Of a stretch of DNA of 64,000 nt, positions 46,050 through 61,265 are shown in pieces. Position numbers and translations under genes: made by a program. Positions within the stretch are counted from its first letter, which is position 1. Each line of letters starts with the position of its first letter. Origin of the DNA: the human T2T-CHM13v2.0 reference genome, Homo sapiens; the NCBI RefSeq assembly GCF_009914755.1, contig NC_060934.1; one strand, written 5' to 3'. The notes under the pieces were generated by a model, which worked only from the letters and a program-made list of their open reading frames with translations, searched no databases and was not told where the DNA came from.

Positions 46050-46400
46050 TGCATTTGGTAACTATGCTTAAGTGTCTCAAACTGACCTCAAAGTCAACTT
46101 TTCCAAACCTGAACTTGTGATATTCTCCTCCAAAATGGGTCCTGTTTTAGAGTTTCTTCTCTCAGTGAATGGCACCACTATCTGTCCTGTTAGGCATGCT
46201 AGGCACCTAGCCCTCATCTTTGACACCTCTATCCCTTTAACTGGTTCATCCCCAAGCCCTATCATTTACTCCCTGAGAATTTCTTAAATAGAAACAAACC
46301 AATGCATTTCTACCAATAAAACCTTAGCTTATGCATTATCCTTTCCCTGTTTCTATAATATTTTCCTACATGATTTGGCAGCACTTCCTCTTCGACCTTT
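46050..46400 (+). mobile_element. L2 internal fragment
   Basis: 'ttctctcagtgaatggcaccactatctgtcc...catctttgacacctct'. Confidence 0.65.
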
Positions 46401-46959
46401 CAAAATGCATATTTGCCCACTCCTTCCCCTCCTCATCCCACTCCACTGCCATCCTGCCAACCTCCCTCCTCCTCCTCCCTACCTGTGTGGTCTCATTTCA
46501 CACCCCACTCTCCCAGGCCCACTCTACTCTAGTCACATTGGAGTCATTTCCATTCCTCTTTCTTGTTGTGCTTCTTGGATCCACATGGCGATTTCCCAGA
46601 GAATTTGATATGCATGATATATTTGGGGAACATAGTAGACTCACACTGAAAAAAAGCTGAAAACTGAGGTTGTGTGGCTGTTTTAAGTGAGGAAGAGTGG
46701 CTTCATTACAGATGTCTGACTTCCAATAATGTATTGCCCCCTTCCAGTTTGTTGCACTCCCAGAGTGTTTTGGGACACCTGGACCAAGTGAGAGCAACAA
46801 AGTAGGAAGAGCGAGCCATAACCTATTTTGAAGGGACCTGGCTCCAAATTCTCCTCCAGGAGGAGCAATGGAAACTTCTAGGAGAAAGCCAATTGATAAG
46901 AAAGGTGCAGGAAAAGATTGCTTGCAATGAAAGGTATCCTAAAAACCTTGATGGCTCTA

Positions 46960-47285
46960 TCGAGACTTCCTTCTAACCTACTTCACCTGGTCAATGTCTA
47001 CACACCTCTTGCTCATCACTTTACTGAAAAAATCTTCCCTGTCACTCTTGCCTAGGTAGAATCCTCTAGCATAGGCTTTCATAAAGATAAAGATCTGCAC
47101 ATCCCAGTACTTAACTCTGTGAATACATTATTCAATTAATTATTTTTTTATTTTAGTGCATTCTCTTTCACTAAAATGTAAACATTCTGAGAGCTGAAAT
47201 CATTTCTGCTTTCGGTCACTAATATGTTTCCAAGGTCTAGTACATCAAAGGCACTCAAACTATTTATTTAATGAATGAATGAAGT
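46960..47285 (+). mobile_element. L2 3' end
   Basis: 'cactaaaatgtaaacattctgagagctg...ggcactcaaactatttatttaatgaatgaatgaa'. Confidence 0.7.
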
Positions 47286-47335
47286 GGAAAGTTGATTGAT
47301 GGCAATACATTTTTTTTCCATTATACTATTGGCTA

Positions 47336-47525
47336 TTCCAGGTCCAATTTTTTGTTTCTAATTGTGTATGTGTGTGTGGGGGTATACACATACACACGAT
47401 TGTATATATGATTATATATTATGTATATATGTATTATGTATATTATATACATATATAATTATGTACATAATTATGTATTATATATAATTATGTGTATCTA
47501 TGCACACGATGATATATAATTGTGT

Positions 47526-47562
<37 letters not shown>

Positions 47563-47597
47563 TATGCACAATTAGAAATCAGAAATTGGACCTGGAA
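47336..47597. repeat. Long imperfect inverted repeat with unique-sequence arms around a TA/CA microsatellite
   Basis: Left arm ttccaggtccaattttttgtttctaattgtg; right arm cacaattagaaatcagaaattggacctggaa. Confidence 0.9.
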
Positions 47598-47610
47598 AAA
47601 AAATTTATAA

Positions 47611-48003
<393 letters not shown>

Positions 48004-48029
48004 ACTTTCCAATTTTTCTTTTTTATCCT

Positions 48030-48340
48030 GTCATTTTTCACCTGGCCAGCTCGTTCTCAGCTGAAGTATGATGTTCTTGGAGAGGTGTTCCCAGACCATC
48101 CAATCTAACAAAACTCCTGTATAATCTCTCTCAGGGCAGCTCTAATTTTCCATTCCAAATATGATTACCCCAATATACAGCAAATTTTGAGTTTCTTTTT
48201 TTAACACTTGTGTTTCTTGATAAACTCTAAGCTTCTTGAGGACTGGCACTACATCTATTTTGCTATAATTGTAATTAATACCCAAACCTTGCAGAGTTCC
48301 TGGTACATAGTTGGTGCTCAGTAAGTACTGTTGGCTGAAA
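48030..48340 (+). mobile_element. L2 3' end
   Basis: 'taagcttcttgaggactggcac...cctggtacatagttggtgctcagtaagtactgttggctgaa'. Confidence 0.7.
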
Positions 48341-48479
48341 AATTACTTCCACTAAATGGTCTATAGCTTTGGTATCCTCTGCATCAAGGCTCTATATCTC
48401 TTGAGGAAAGACATGATATTTTTGCTTGTTTAGTATCCCCGATGGTACTAAACCCACAGTTAGATTAGGCTGGGGATTA

Positions 48480-48674
48480 TTAACCCTGGAGGACAGATGA
48501 CTCTTTTTCATGCAGTACATGCCCCGTGTACTACAGCATGTTTAGCAACATCCCTGGCCTCTAGATGCCAGTAGCATCTTCCACACCCTGTTGTGACAAG
48601 GAAAATGTTTCCAGACACTGCCAGATATCCTATGTGGGCAAAATCTGCCCCTGACACCCTGCTGAGAAGCAGTG
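48480..48674 (+). mobile_element. MER20 (hAT-Charlie)
   Basis: 'atgtttagcaacatccctggcctctagatgccagtagca..gtgacaaggaaaatgtttccagacactgcca'. Confidence 0.82.
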
Positions 48675-49055
48675 GATTAAGTGCTTAATTTAATCAATGT
48701 TGATGAATAGATTGCAAGGTGGCTTGGCAATCTCTGGGTTCTAAAGAGTCCCTCAGACTCTGAGAGAAATTGTTCCACTACAGCCAAGGTACAGAACAAA
48801 TATCTAAAAATATCTGTCAGCTCCTATGAGTGGTGCTCGCTTCAAGTGCTTGAAACTGATGCCAATTTGGCCAGGAGCCTATGCTAACTTCTTCCTTAGT
48901 AATTGTTTTCTCAATAGCTGCAGCTCATTTTGAACATCCTTGGAACAGTACATAAATTTTTATCTTATTTACTATTTCCTGAACTCGCCAATTAAGTTTC
49001 CATCATTGTAACTTAAAAAAAAATCTTCCTGTCCAGGACATCCTCCTGAGGGTAA

Positions 49056-49422
<367 letters not shown>

Positions 49423-49794
49423 AAAGATGTTTTCTTAATAGCGAATATCCTGGTTGAACTTTGTCATTTGCTACATACCCTCACATACAATGTCTCACCA
49501 AACAGTATGCATACTGAAGAGAGGGGAGACAGGGAGACAGGGAAGAGGAAAAATAGAGGAGGAGAGGGAGAAAGGGGGAGAAAGGGAGAGAGTGGGGCAG
49601 GGAATATTCAGTGGTCAAAAAAGCAAAAAACAAGCAATTATCTCCTCACCAGAAGTTTCAACATCTGGGCTCAGATGAACAGAATAGGCAAGGCTGAAAA
49701 AGTTTTATACTTAATTTTACTGAAAAATTAACTACCAGGAGCTTTCATAATAACTTCCTGTTGTATAATTTGAAAATAATTGAAAATTGTATAG

Positions 49795-50160
<366 letters not shown>

Positions 50161-50737
50161 TGATGGTATGATAGCTATGCCCTTTTCACTGAAGAAAGGT
50201 AAAATATTTGCCAAACCTCACACAATATTAGTGTGAGGTACTTTCACCCAGGTCTTCTGATTTTAAACCATATGGGGTTTTTCCCCCTTCAGATCCCAGT
50301 GACTCTTAAATGGAAAACATCTAATACTACTGATTTCCCATTTTCTGTCCTGTGAGTTGTACTCTTTTTCTCTCTCTTCCTCTGGAATATGGTCTGCCTG
50401 GGAAGAGGATGTTTACTGGGACCCCTGTCCAGGAACATGTAAGGATTCCTGAAGAGATACACATTGCTTCATTATCAGATACCTTGGTTTAAGTGCCTTG
50501 GCTGGATTCTGATAGGTGTGTGTGTAACCCGCAATACCATAGAGCATGAAGTGAAAAAAATGGAAATTCCCTGCGCTATTTGGTTCAGGAGATGCCTAAC
50601 GGTACTACATAGTAAATGTCATGAAACTACTCAAAAGCATTGGATAGGTTTTTAGTTCTTGCTTCTAGCAAAAAAATAAAAATGTATAAATAAAGTCACA
50701 CTTTTTTCTATAGATTGGGAGCAACAGAATATGAGTG

Positions 50738-50866
50738 GAGTGACCATGTATGTCCTGGTTGGCTCAGGACAATCCTAATTTATTCCCATTGTTTCAATAT
50801 GAATATTTATAGTGCCCATTCTTAAAAGGGTTCTAGTTTGATCAAGTTAAACAATATAGTCATGCT
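50738..50866. mobile_element. MER94-like hAT-Blackjack MITE
   Basis: Degenerate TIRs gagtgaccat..atatagtcatgct; 'gtcctggttggctcaggacaatcc'. Confidence 0.6.
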
Positions 50867-53475
50867 AAATACGGCTTGAGTTTCACAATATACCTGATTG
50901 GTTTAACATATCATCAGGTTTCAGATTTAGTCACTTTTAAAATGGGTATGCTTCCTCCTCAGAGGTTGCTGATGACGATAGAAAGGTTTTAGGGAGTAGG
51001 TGGTAAATGCCTCCTCCTTCCAAAGTTATATCATCACTTCCCAAAAAAGAAGCTTTGGACAGACACCACTGTTACCCCCAGTCACCACTTTACACCAGAA
51101 CAATGACCCCAATGAAGAGAAATGCAGACAGTGAGCACAAGCTGCAGGGAGCCACCGCCCACCCACTGGGACTCAAGACCAACATTCACATCCAAACCTA
51201 TGTCTGTAACCACAGTGGTAAGCAAACATGACTAGTAACTTAAAGCATGGTCTTTCTTTAGGTTTTCTTCTTCGGGAGCAATCTCCCTTGCTCCTGGATA
51301 CAAACTCTGGCAGGCCCCCGGGCTTTCTATTTATTCTTTTGTAATAGATAGTCCCAGAGTCACTTTAAATCACACGCATGGTCTTAATTTCTGTAAATAA
51401 AATGTCCGGCTGAAGATAGTAATCAAAATCCTGTATACAACTATATTAAATCCACCCCTTCTCCCTCCCATGTCCTCATCCCTACACCCACCCTGTCCCT
51501 GAATTCCCCCACCCTTTTCAGGCTGCCACCTGCACTGCAGAAAGGACGTGTGGTCATCTGCTCTTTAATGAGCCTAATGGAGTTTCTTGACTCAACTTGC
51601 CGCCTTGCTCCAGGAAAGCAAGAGAGAAAAGCGTGTAGGAAGTGAGGGCTGTTCTTTTGTGGCTGGGAGGTTTCCAGCACTCTGGGCCTGGCAGATGGTG
51701 AAAGTGACTCTTTTTCTTGGGTGCGCTCTTTAGAATCTCTTGCTGGATCTCTGCCTTGTGGTCTTATGACCTGGATGGGTGCATCTCCAGTCCAAATAGT
51801 GGGTGGAGTCACCCTTCTCAACTGCTTGTCACCTGGCAGCTCAACTCTAGCCCTCTTCACCATGAGGCCTGCTTGTCCCTCCAGAGAAGTCTGTTGAACG
51901 AGACCTGAGAGGACCCCAGCAACAGTCTCCATGGCATGCTCCTGGGAAAACACTCCCATTTTTCCAGCTCCAAGGCACCACGGCAAGAACATCTCTAGCT
52001 CATCGTCTTGCAGGTGGTCAGCTCTTGCCTCTCCCTCTTCATTTCCCAGGCAGGCATCAGATCTCAATCTACAAACCATTTTGATTATCTCAGTCAAGTG
52101 TTATGTTCCAGTTTTTAAAGCCCCAAATTTGGAGAGATACAGGTAAAGCTCTCTTGAAGCCCATACATTCATGGGGCTCAAAGTGAGGGGAAGACTCCTC
52201 CTACCCCTATGTGATGGGGAAAGAAAATAGCCCAGAACTCTGATGCCTTTTTCTCAAGTTCTCTTCACTCAGCTCCTTACATACAAGACCTACAGAATGC
52301 CTCTGCTTCCCTGGTCCTTATCAGGCTCCACTGATGCAACAGGAACCAAATTCCTGAAATAGGGAAAATGGACTTCAGAGCATAATTTCATCTAGATATA
52401 TCAGACTTACAATGTTCTCTCACTTTCTCCTCTCTTAATTCCATTTCAATATTCTTTATCTGACTCCTCTATTTGATTGAAGAGCGCAAATCATATTAAA
52501 CAGAATCATTATATAATCATTTAATAACAAATGTTATTAAAAAGAATCATCTGCTTAATAACTCAGTGCAAGGGACACAGGGAGTCGGGAGGAAGGAGAA
52601 AGTCTATCTCACACATGCCTTGGAACCATGACATCCACTGCATTGCTACCCCTATAGAAACTATAAGGACTCAATAAAAACAATAGGAAACTATAAACTC
52701 TGTCGGTATTAATGCTAAGGGTCTAGTGCCCCAAAAGGCAAAACCAGGTAAGCAAGCCGACACCTATCCTCCAACTATTACAAATTCAATCTGAACAATG
52801 CTTATTTCTTTGCTATGTTGCCTGCATTTCCAGAAAAGCCCTCTCTAGGGTCTGACCTCATATAATTCACGCACCTTATTCCCATAAGGGAAATCTAAGA
52901 AATTGCTTTCCATTGTGCTGCATCTCATACCGAGTTGAGAAATCCCCTCTGATCTGCTGAACTTCTGAAGTCCCAGAAGTAGAAAAACATTAAGAAATAT
53001 AAGAAAGGTCAAAAATCTGAAAATGCCACTTGTAAATGGACAGTCTTATTGAGCAGACAGGTCTCCTCAGGTGGTGAACAAAGCTTACATTAGAGCTTAG
53101 GAAAGAATGAAAGGGATAAGTTTCTTTCAGCACTTTAATTTTGAGCCAAGGACAAAGTTATGAATTTCAGAGGAGGGTTCCAGGTGACATACGCTAAACA
53201 CACAACTACCACTGAGCACTAACATAGAACCTCAACAGAGTAAGAAATGACAGGGTTGCCTTGCTAGGGATGTGGGAGATAAGAGCAGCTGACTTCTCAA
53301 CATGAAGACTACAGCAGACTCTGGCACCTGGATAGATCTTCTGTCATCCCCTGAAGGGCTTCCAACAATAAACAAACAACACAAATAGACAAAGAAAAAA
53401 CAAAAGCCCGTTGATAATAAAGTCAAAACTTTGATACCATCAAATAACGAAACCAGTCAAAGACATTTTGGGGAT

Positions 53476-55242
<1,767 letters not shown>

Positions 55243-55421
55243 TTAAAAACAATTTGCTTTAGTGAGAAATGCATGATAATGATAGTGTCTGAGGAACTGC
55301 TCAGTGATTGAAAGGAACATTTTATTGTATTAGATAAATGATATGGTAAAAATAAAGCAAAGCAAAATTAAAAGATGCAAATAAAATTTTGATAATTTTT
55401 AATATTATGAAAATTCCACAG

Positions 55422-55422
<1 letters not shown>

Positions 55423-55474
<52 letters not shown>
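55423..55474. repeat. (TATC)13 perfect tetranucleotide STR
   Basis: Direct reading. Confidence 0.95.
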
Positions 55475-55476
<2 letters not shown>

Positions 55477-57319
55477 ATTTGCATTGGGCAGGAGCTACTC
55501 CAAAACATATGGAGGCAAAAGGCAAAAGAGGAAATTGAAAAGATAGGAAGCGTAAGAACAAGAGGATAGGTGGTATGGAAGGACTTTGTCAAAAATAATT
55601 GTCCACCATCCTCACTTTCTATTTTTACAGATGTTGGTGCTGCTGCTAGTGACAGCCCTGAGAAACAGATGAACAGGGATTCCCAAGTCTTTTTTTTTTT
55701 TTCAATTTTTACGTTTAACTGCATGGATTTGTTTTTTTTTTTTTATGTTAAGGCAACCTGATTGCAGTGTGAATTAATGCTTTTCATTTTGACAAGAATG
55801 GACAAGCAAGATGTATTCCTTGTGTAACTTTCATAAGTATCTCAGGTTTATATGTTTTCATTCTGTTTTCAACAAACTTCAGATGTTCTGATCTATGCAA
55901 ACTGACAATTCTTTTCCTCACTCAAAAGATATATTTACATTAAAGAAACACATACTTTCTAAACCATATTTACTTCAAAAATTATTTTAAAAATAGTACT
56001 TTTATATGCTATATATCATATCTTATGTACTTAAAAATCATTTTGTAATGATTGAGTATTTGCAAATTAAAATATCAAAGCTCTGGCAGTATTGCTCATT
56101 TGGAGAAGAGGAAGACTCACAATTCTGCATAAATGATTGTCTTCTCTATTGTTTGTTTTTTTTTTGTACAGCAGAAAGGCCCTTTTCCCTATCCTATCTG
56201 CCTCTGCCAGAGGCCAGAGCAGCCTCAGATTTTCCTCCAGGGCCCTTTGTGGGCTAGCACTCAGGCTGCCCTCTCTGCATGATTAGTGCTGCACAAGGTA
56301 TAGCATTCACTCCATGCTTCTGGATTCCTGGATGGGACCCACACTTAACTGGCTGTCCCTGCAGCAGAAACTTACTCAAATTACACTGACACCCTGCTTA
56401 GCATGAAATTAGCCTGAAATACAGAGGCTAAGAGGTGGCCCCTCCTGATGGCCTCAAGCTTGCTTACTGATATGTAACCTCTTCATATCCCAAGACAAAG
56501 TCAGATTGAGTCTCTCCAATGCCAGCAGCAATCTCTTCCCTCACTGTTCCCTCCACTTAACAAAGGCTTTTGAGAAGTAAGAATATTTTAGCTCAAACAA
56601 CAAGCTTTCACTTTTATATCTAGATAACCTAAAATTTGTTCGTGCAGCATTTTACATATCATTGCTTCAAGTATATTTCTGTGTTTTTATGATGAAATTG
56701 TACCTTCCCAGCAAAACAACACAACAGAGAACAATTGCACTGTATATTTGATGGTAACACTAGAGCCCAAGGGAGGGTCCATTCCATGGAGAGATAAAGC
56801 TAATGATTTTGGTAAGACTTGGTAAGAGGCTGCAATGACAGGTTTATTGGGCTCTCTAAAACAGTTTTGTTCCTGGACAACTGTGTATAAACAATTTATG
56901 AAAAATAAATAATGTTTTATAGACTTTATCAGAAATTTGATATTTAAACAATTCTAAGACACTTTGAAAGAAAAAAAAGACTGAAAAATAATTTCCTAGA
57001 TGGCAAATCACGAGGCTTATATCAAATATTATCCATCAATGCACAACACAGGAGTAGATTCAAGATATGGCAAGTGCATTCAATCCCAGCTAAAGCATAG
57101 TTATTTGTATCCTTAGAGTTATGTTTATCACAGCATTCTTTGTGGTAATGAAAGAATAGAAATGACCTAAATGATAAGCAGGGGGTTAATGTTTTTAAGA
57201 TAAAAATAAAGTAAATCCATACAAGCCATTATGCAGCCATTAAGAATATGTGCTTTTTAAATAATTGTGTGCCTTGAATAAAAAGACTAAAGTCAAAAAT
57301 AACTGAGTTTTAATAGTAG

Positions 57320-57475
57320 CTTGCTTCCTAACCAGCTATTTAATACTGAACTCATCTCTTTATCTTCCTGAGCCTCAACTGTCTCATCTGAAAAGTGGGG
57401 ATTAAAAAAAAGTAACTGCCTGAATGGGCTGCTGTGAGAATTAAATGAGATGATACCCTTGAAGTGCTTAGCCAA
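57320..57475 (+). mobile_element. MIR
   Basis: 'ctgagcctcaactgtctcatctgaaaagtgggg...gctgtgagaattaaatgagatgata'. Confidence 0.75.
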
Positions 57476-57510
57476 TTATAAAGTTACCTTTTATTGAACA
57501 TTTACTATTA

Positions 57511-57590
57511 TTAGGTTGAGGCTCATAAAACTGCCATTTTTATAGTTCAAATGTAGTCAACATTTGAAAATCTCATATCGTTAAAACTAA
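57511..57590. mobile_element. MADE2-like mariner MITE
   Basis: 80 bp with degenerate TIRs ttaggttga...aaaactgcc / tctcatatcgttaaaactaa. Confidence 0.65.
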
Positions 57591-57677
57591 CAAGACAGTA
57601 AACAAACTAGAGTATAAAGTCTCATCCATAGGAACAAACACAAATATAGCAGGTTTTTACTCTGAAGTAAAATAATT

Positions 57678-57720
57678 ATTAATGGATTTTAGTAGCATTA
57701 ATGGATTTTAGTAGCATTAA
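57678..57720. repeat. 19-bp tandem duplication (attaatggattttagtagc), about 2.3 copies
   Basis: Direct reading. Confidence 0.9.
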
Positions 57721-57779
57721 GATGGTACTAGATCAAGGGTCTCAAACCATAGCCATTCTTCCTCCAAAATTTCTAAGGA

Positions 57780-57784
<5 letters not shown>

Positions 57785-57827
<43 letters not shown>

Positions 57828-57852
57828 AGAGAAAGAGAGAGAGAGAGAGAGA
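57785..57852. repeat. Compound (CA)n(GA)n microsatellite
   Basis: Direct reading. Confidence 0.95.
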
Positions 57853-58078
57853 ATGACAAATGTCTATGTTGGTTGTAGTATGAGTTTATCCATCCAGTTA
57901 CTGGAGTGAAAAATAAATAGAAAGAAAAACAATATAATAATACATAATACAATACTACATGGCTCAGAGTTGTCACCACAGTTTTTTGGAGGTAGGTACT
58001 TGGATGAGAGTGACAGGATAGAAAAAACCTGAGTGCATGATCCTGTCATAGCCAGGCCTTGAGCCTCTAATGTAATAC

Positions 58079-59611
58079 TGTGTCCAGAATTGGTGGCTTC
58101 TTGGTCTCATTGACTTCAAGAATGAAGCCGTGGACCCTCGCGGTGAGTGTTACAGTTCTTAAAGGCAGCGTGTCCGGAGTTTGTTCATTCTGATGTTCGG
58201 ATGTGTTCGGAGTTTCTTCCTTCTGGTGGGTTCGTGGTCTTGCTGGCTCAGGAGTGAAGCTGCGGACCTTCACAGATGAGTGTTACAGCTTTTAAGGCGG
58301 CGCGTCTGGAGTTGTTCCTTCCTCCCGGTGGGTTCGTGGTCTCGTTGGCTTCAGGAGTGAAGCTGCAGACCTTGGCGGTGAGTGTTACAGCTCATAAAGG
58401 CAGTGTGGACCCAAAGAGTGAGCAGCAGCAAGACTTATTGCAAAGAGCGAAAGAACAAAGCTTCCACCACTGTGGAAGGGGACACGAGCGGGTTGCCACT
58501 GCTAGCTCGGGCAGCCTGTTTATTCTTATGTGGCCCCACCCACATCCTGCTGATTGGTAGAGCCAAGGGGTCTGTTTTGACAGGGCGCTGATTGGTGCGT
58601 TTACAATCCCTGAGCTAGACACAAAGGTTCTCCACGTCCCCACCAGATTAGCTAGATACAGAGTGTTGACACAAAGGTTCTCCAAGTCCCCACCAGAGTA
58701 GCTAGATACAGAGTGTCCATTGGTGCATTCACAAACCCTGAGCTAGACACAGGGTACTGATTGGTGTGTTTACAAACCTTGAGCTAGACACAGAGTGCCG
58801 ATTGGTGTCTCAATCCCTGAGCTAGACATAAAGGTTCTCCAAGGCCCCACCAGAGTAGCTAGATACAAAGTGTCCATTGGTGCATTCACAAACCCTGAGC
58901 TAGACACAGAGTGCCGATTGGTGTATTTACAATCCCTTAGCTAGACATAAAGGTTCTGCAAGTCCCCACCAGACTCAGGAGCCCAGCTGGCTTCACCCAG
59001 TGGATCCCGCACCGGGGCTGCATGTGGAGCTGCCTGCCAGTCCCGCGCCGTGCACCTGCACTCCTCAGCCCTTGGGTGGTCGATGGGACTGGGCGCGGTG
59101 GAGCAGGCGGCGGCGCTCGTTGGGGAGGCTCGGGCCGCACAGGAGCCCACGAAGGCGGGGAGGCTCAGGCATGGTGGGCTGCAGGTCCCCAGCCCTGCCC
59201 CGCGAGGAGGCAGCTAAGGCCAGGCGAGAAATCGAGCGCAGCGCCGGTGGGCCGGCACTGCCGAGGGACCCAGTACACCCTCCGCAGCCGCTGGCCCGGG
59301 TGCTAAGCCCCTCATTGCCAGGGGCCGGCAGGCTGCTCCGAGTGCGGGGCCGCCAAGCCCACGCCCACCCGGAACTCCAGCTGGCCCGCAAGCGCCGAGC
59401 ACAGCCCCGGTTTCCGCTCACGCCTCTCCCTCCACACCTCCCTGCAAGCTGAGGGAGCCAGCTCTGGCCTTGGCCAGCCCAGAAAGGGGCTCCCACAGTG
59501 CAGCGGTGGGCTGAAGGGCTCCTTAAGTGCCGCCAAAGTGGGAGCCCAGGCAGAGGCAGCGCTGAGAGCGAGCGAGGGCTGTGAAGACTGCCAGCACACT
59601 GTCACCTCTCA
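58079..59611 (-). mobile_element. Complete solo LTR12C (ERV9 LTR)
   Basis: Minus strand starts TGAGAGGTGACAGTGTGCTGGCAGTC and ends CCAATTCTGGACACA; GC-rich 5' part and ~40-bp U3 tandem array; 4-bp TSD atac at 58075-58078 and 59612-59615. Confidence 0.96.
58490..58925 (-). promoter_or_regulatory. LTR12C U3 enhancer/promoter with 7 CCAAT (NF-Y) boxes and an AATAAA TATA-like box, pointing toward lower coordinates
   Basis: ATTGG on + at 58553, 58591, 58719, 58760, 58801, 58876 and 58917; tttatt at 58519-58524; known ERV9 LTR promoter layout. Confidence 0.7.
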
Positions 59612-60909
59612 ATACCCCACAGAAGCAAAGCCACATGTGAGCATGCAACCTCACATCTCACATAGACTATTAGCAGAGGTGTCCTATTCTCCCGGGAAGG
59701 GAGAAAGAGGAGTAGGAAAAAGAAAGGCTAAAAGGTGTCTCAAAAGGGGAAAAGGAATTAACAGCTTCTGACCACCTACCCCCAATACCTATTTTTTATC
59801 TATTTTTTGCCTTTTAGCAAATAAACTTTCTGTATTTTTCCATTTTTTAGTGAAAATATATATACCTATATATATATTCACTGAATTATAAAATTAAAAT
59901 TATATATATAATTTTATAGGAAAAATAGAACAAATCTTTTTAAAATTGCAGTTACATGCAATTAAAGCATACTGATGATGAGACATATTAAATCATCCAT
60001 AAGAAATGCACAGGCTCTCATAGGTATGAAAGCAATGGCTCCTTCTGTGTCACTTTATCTCCATGAATATGCTTCAGTAGTTAAGAACTGCTTCATGTTC
60101 AAGGGTGGCTTAGCCTTAGAGGAGAGACTTAGAAGGGGATTATACTTTTAGATCAGAAGAGAATGAATTTTTCCCCAGAACAAATGATTTCTAAAACCCT
60201 TAGAAATTGTGCATTACTCATCCTTTTTCTATCTTCTTTCCACTATACATTTTATGTGGGATCCCTGTGGCAGTTAATAGAAAAATTCAAGTCACAAAAG
60301 GAAAGAAAGAAAGAAGGGAAAAGACCTGGGGTATCAGAATTAAAAAGAGATGTGAATTGGCCCATTAGGGAAAACTGAGATCTACAGAGATGTGGCTTAT
60401 GTTTACTTTCCCTCCCTACTAACATGGCCTTTTATAAAAAGAAAAGCCCTGTCTCTTTTCTTTTTCCGTCTCTAACAATGAAACCACACTGAGAGAGATT
60501 AGAGTGCTAATCAGCTTCTGGAAAAGCAGATCAACCAAAAAACGCCTACATTGCAGGCTTTCTGGTTCATTTTCCCTCCATTGTTTTAGTAGCCTGAGTT
60601 TATGGGAAATCAAACTTCGTCAACTTAAGCTGCTGTTCCTGGCTGAATTTTGGAGTAGTCAGCAAGGTTCCTATAACAAACAAATGACCACACACAATTG
60701 TGAGGGCACAGGCATGCGCACGTGCACACACACACACACACACGTATTAATCAGAGCACTTGGTTGCTGAGATCCCAGCAAGAAAGATGAAAATAAATGG
60801 AGTATGGTCATTAAAAATCCTAAACTAATATTTCGAATATGGCATAAAATGAATGCTTGCTAACAGAGAATGGATGGGAGGACCTCTTTTGCTTAAGAAA
60901 ATTAATGAT

Positions 60910-61265
<356 letters not shown>

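Noticed and set aside
48833-48843. GTGCTCGCTTC, identical to the U6 snRNA 5' end
   Set aside because: Only 11 nt match and the following sequence does not continue as U6 (GGCAGCACA); chance.
50562-50571. Canonical NF-kB site GGAAATTCCC
   Set aside because: Isolated 10-mer with no supporting motif cluster; compatible with chance.
58590-58960. Regularly spaced repeats resembling a CRISPR array
   Set aside because: These are the ERV9 U3 tandem enhancer repeats; there are no unique spacers and the context is eukaryotic.
58067-59771. Overlapping GC-rich ORFs and an apparent CpG island
   Set aside because: Explained by the LTR12C sequence.
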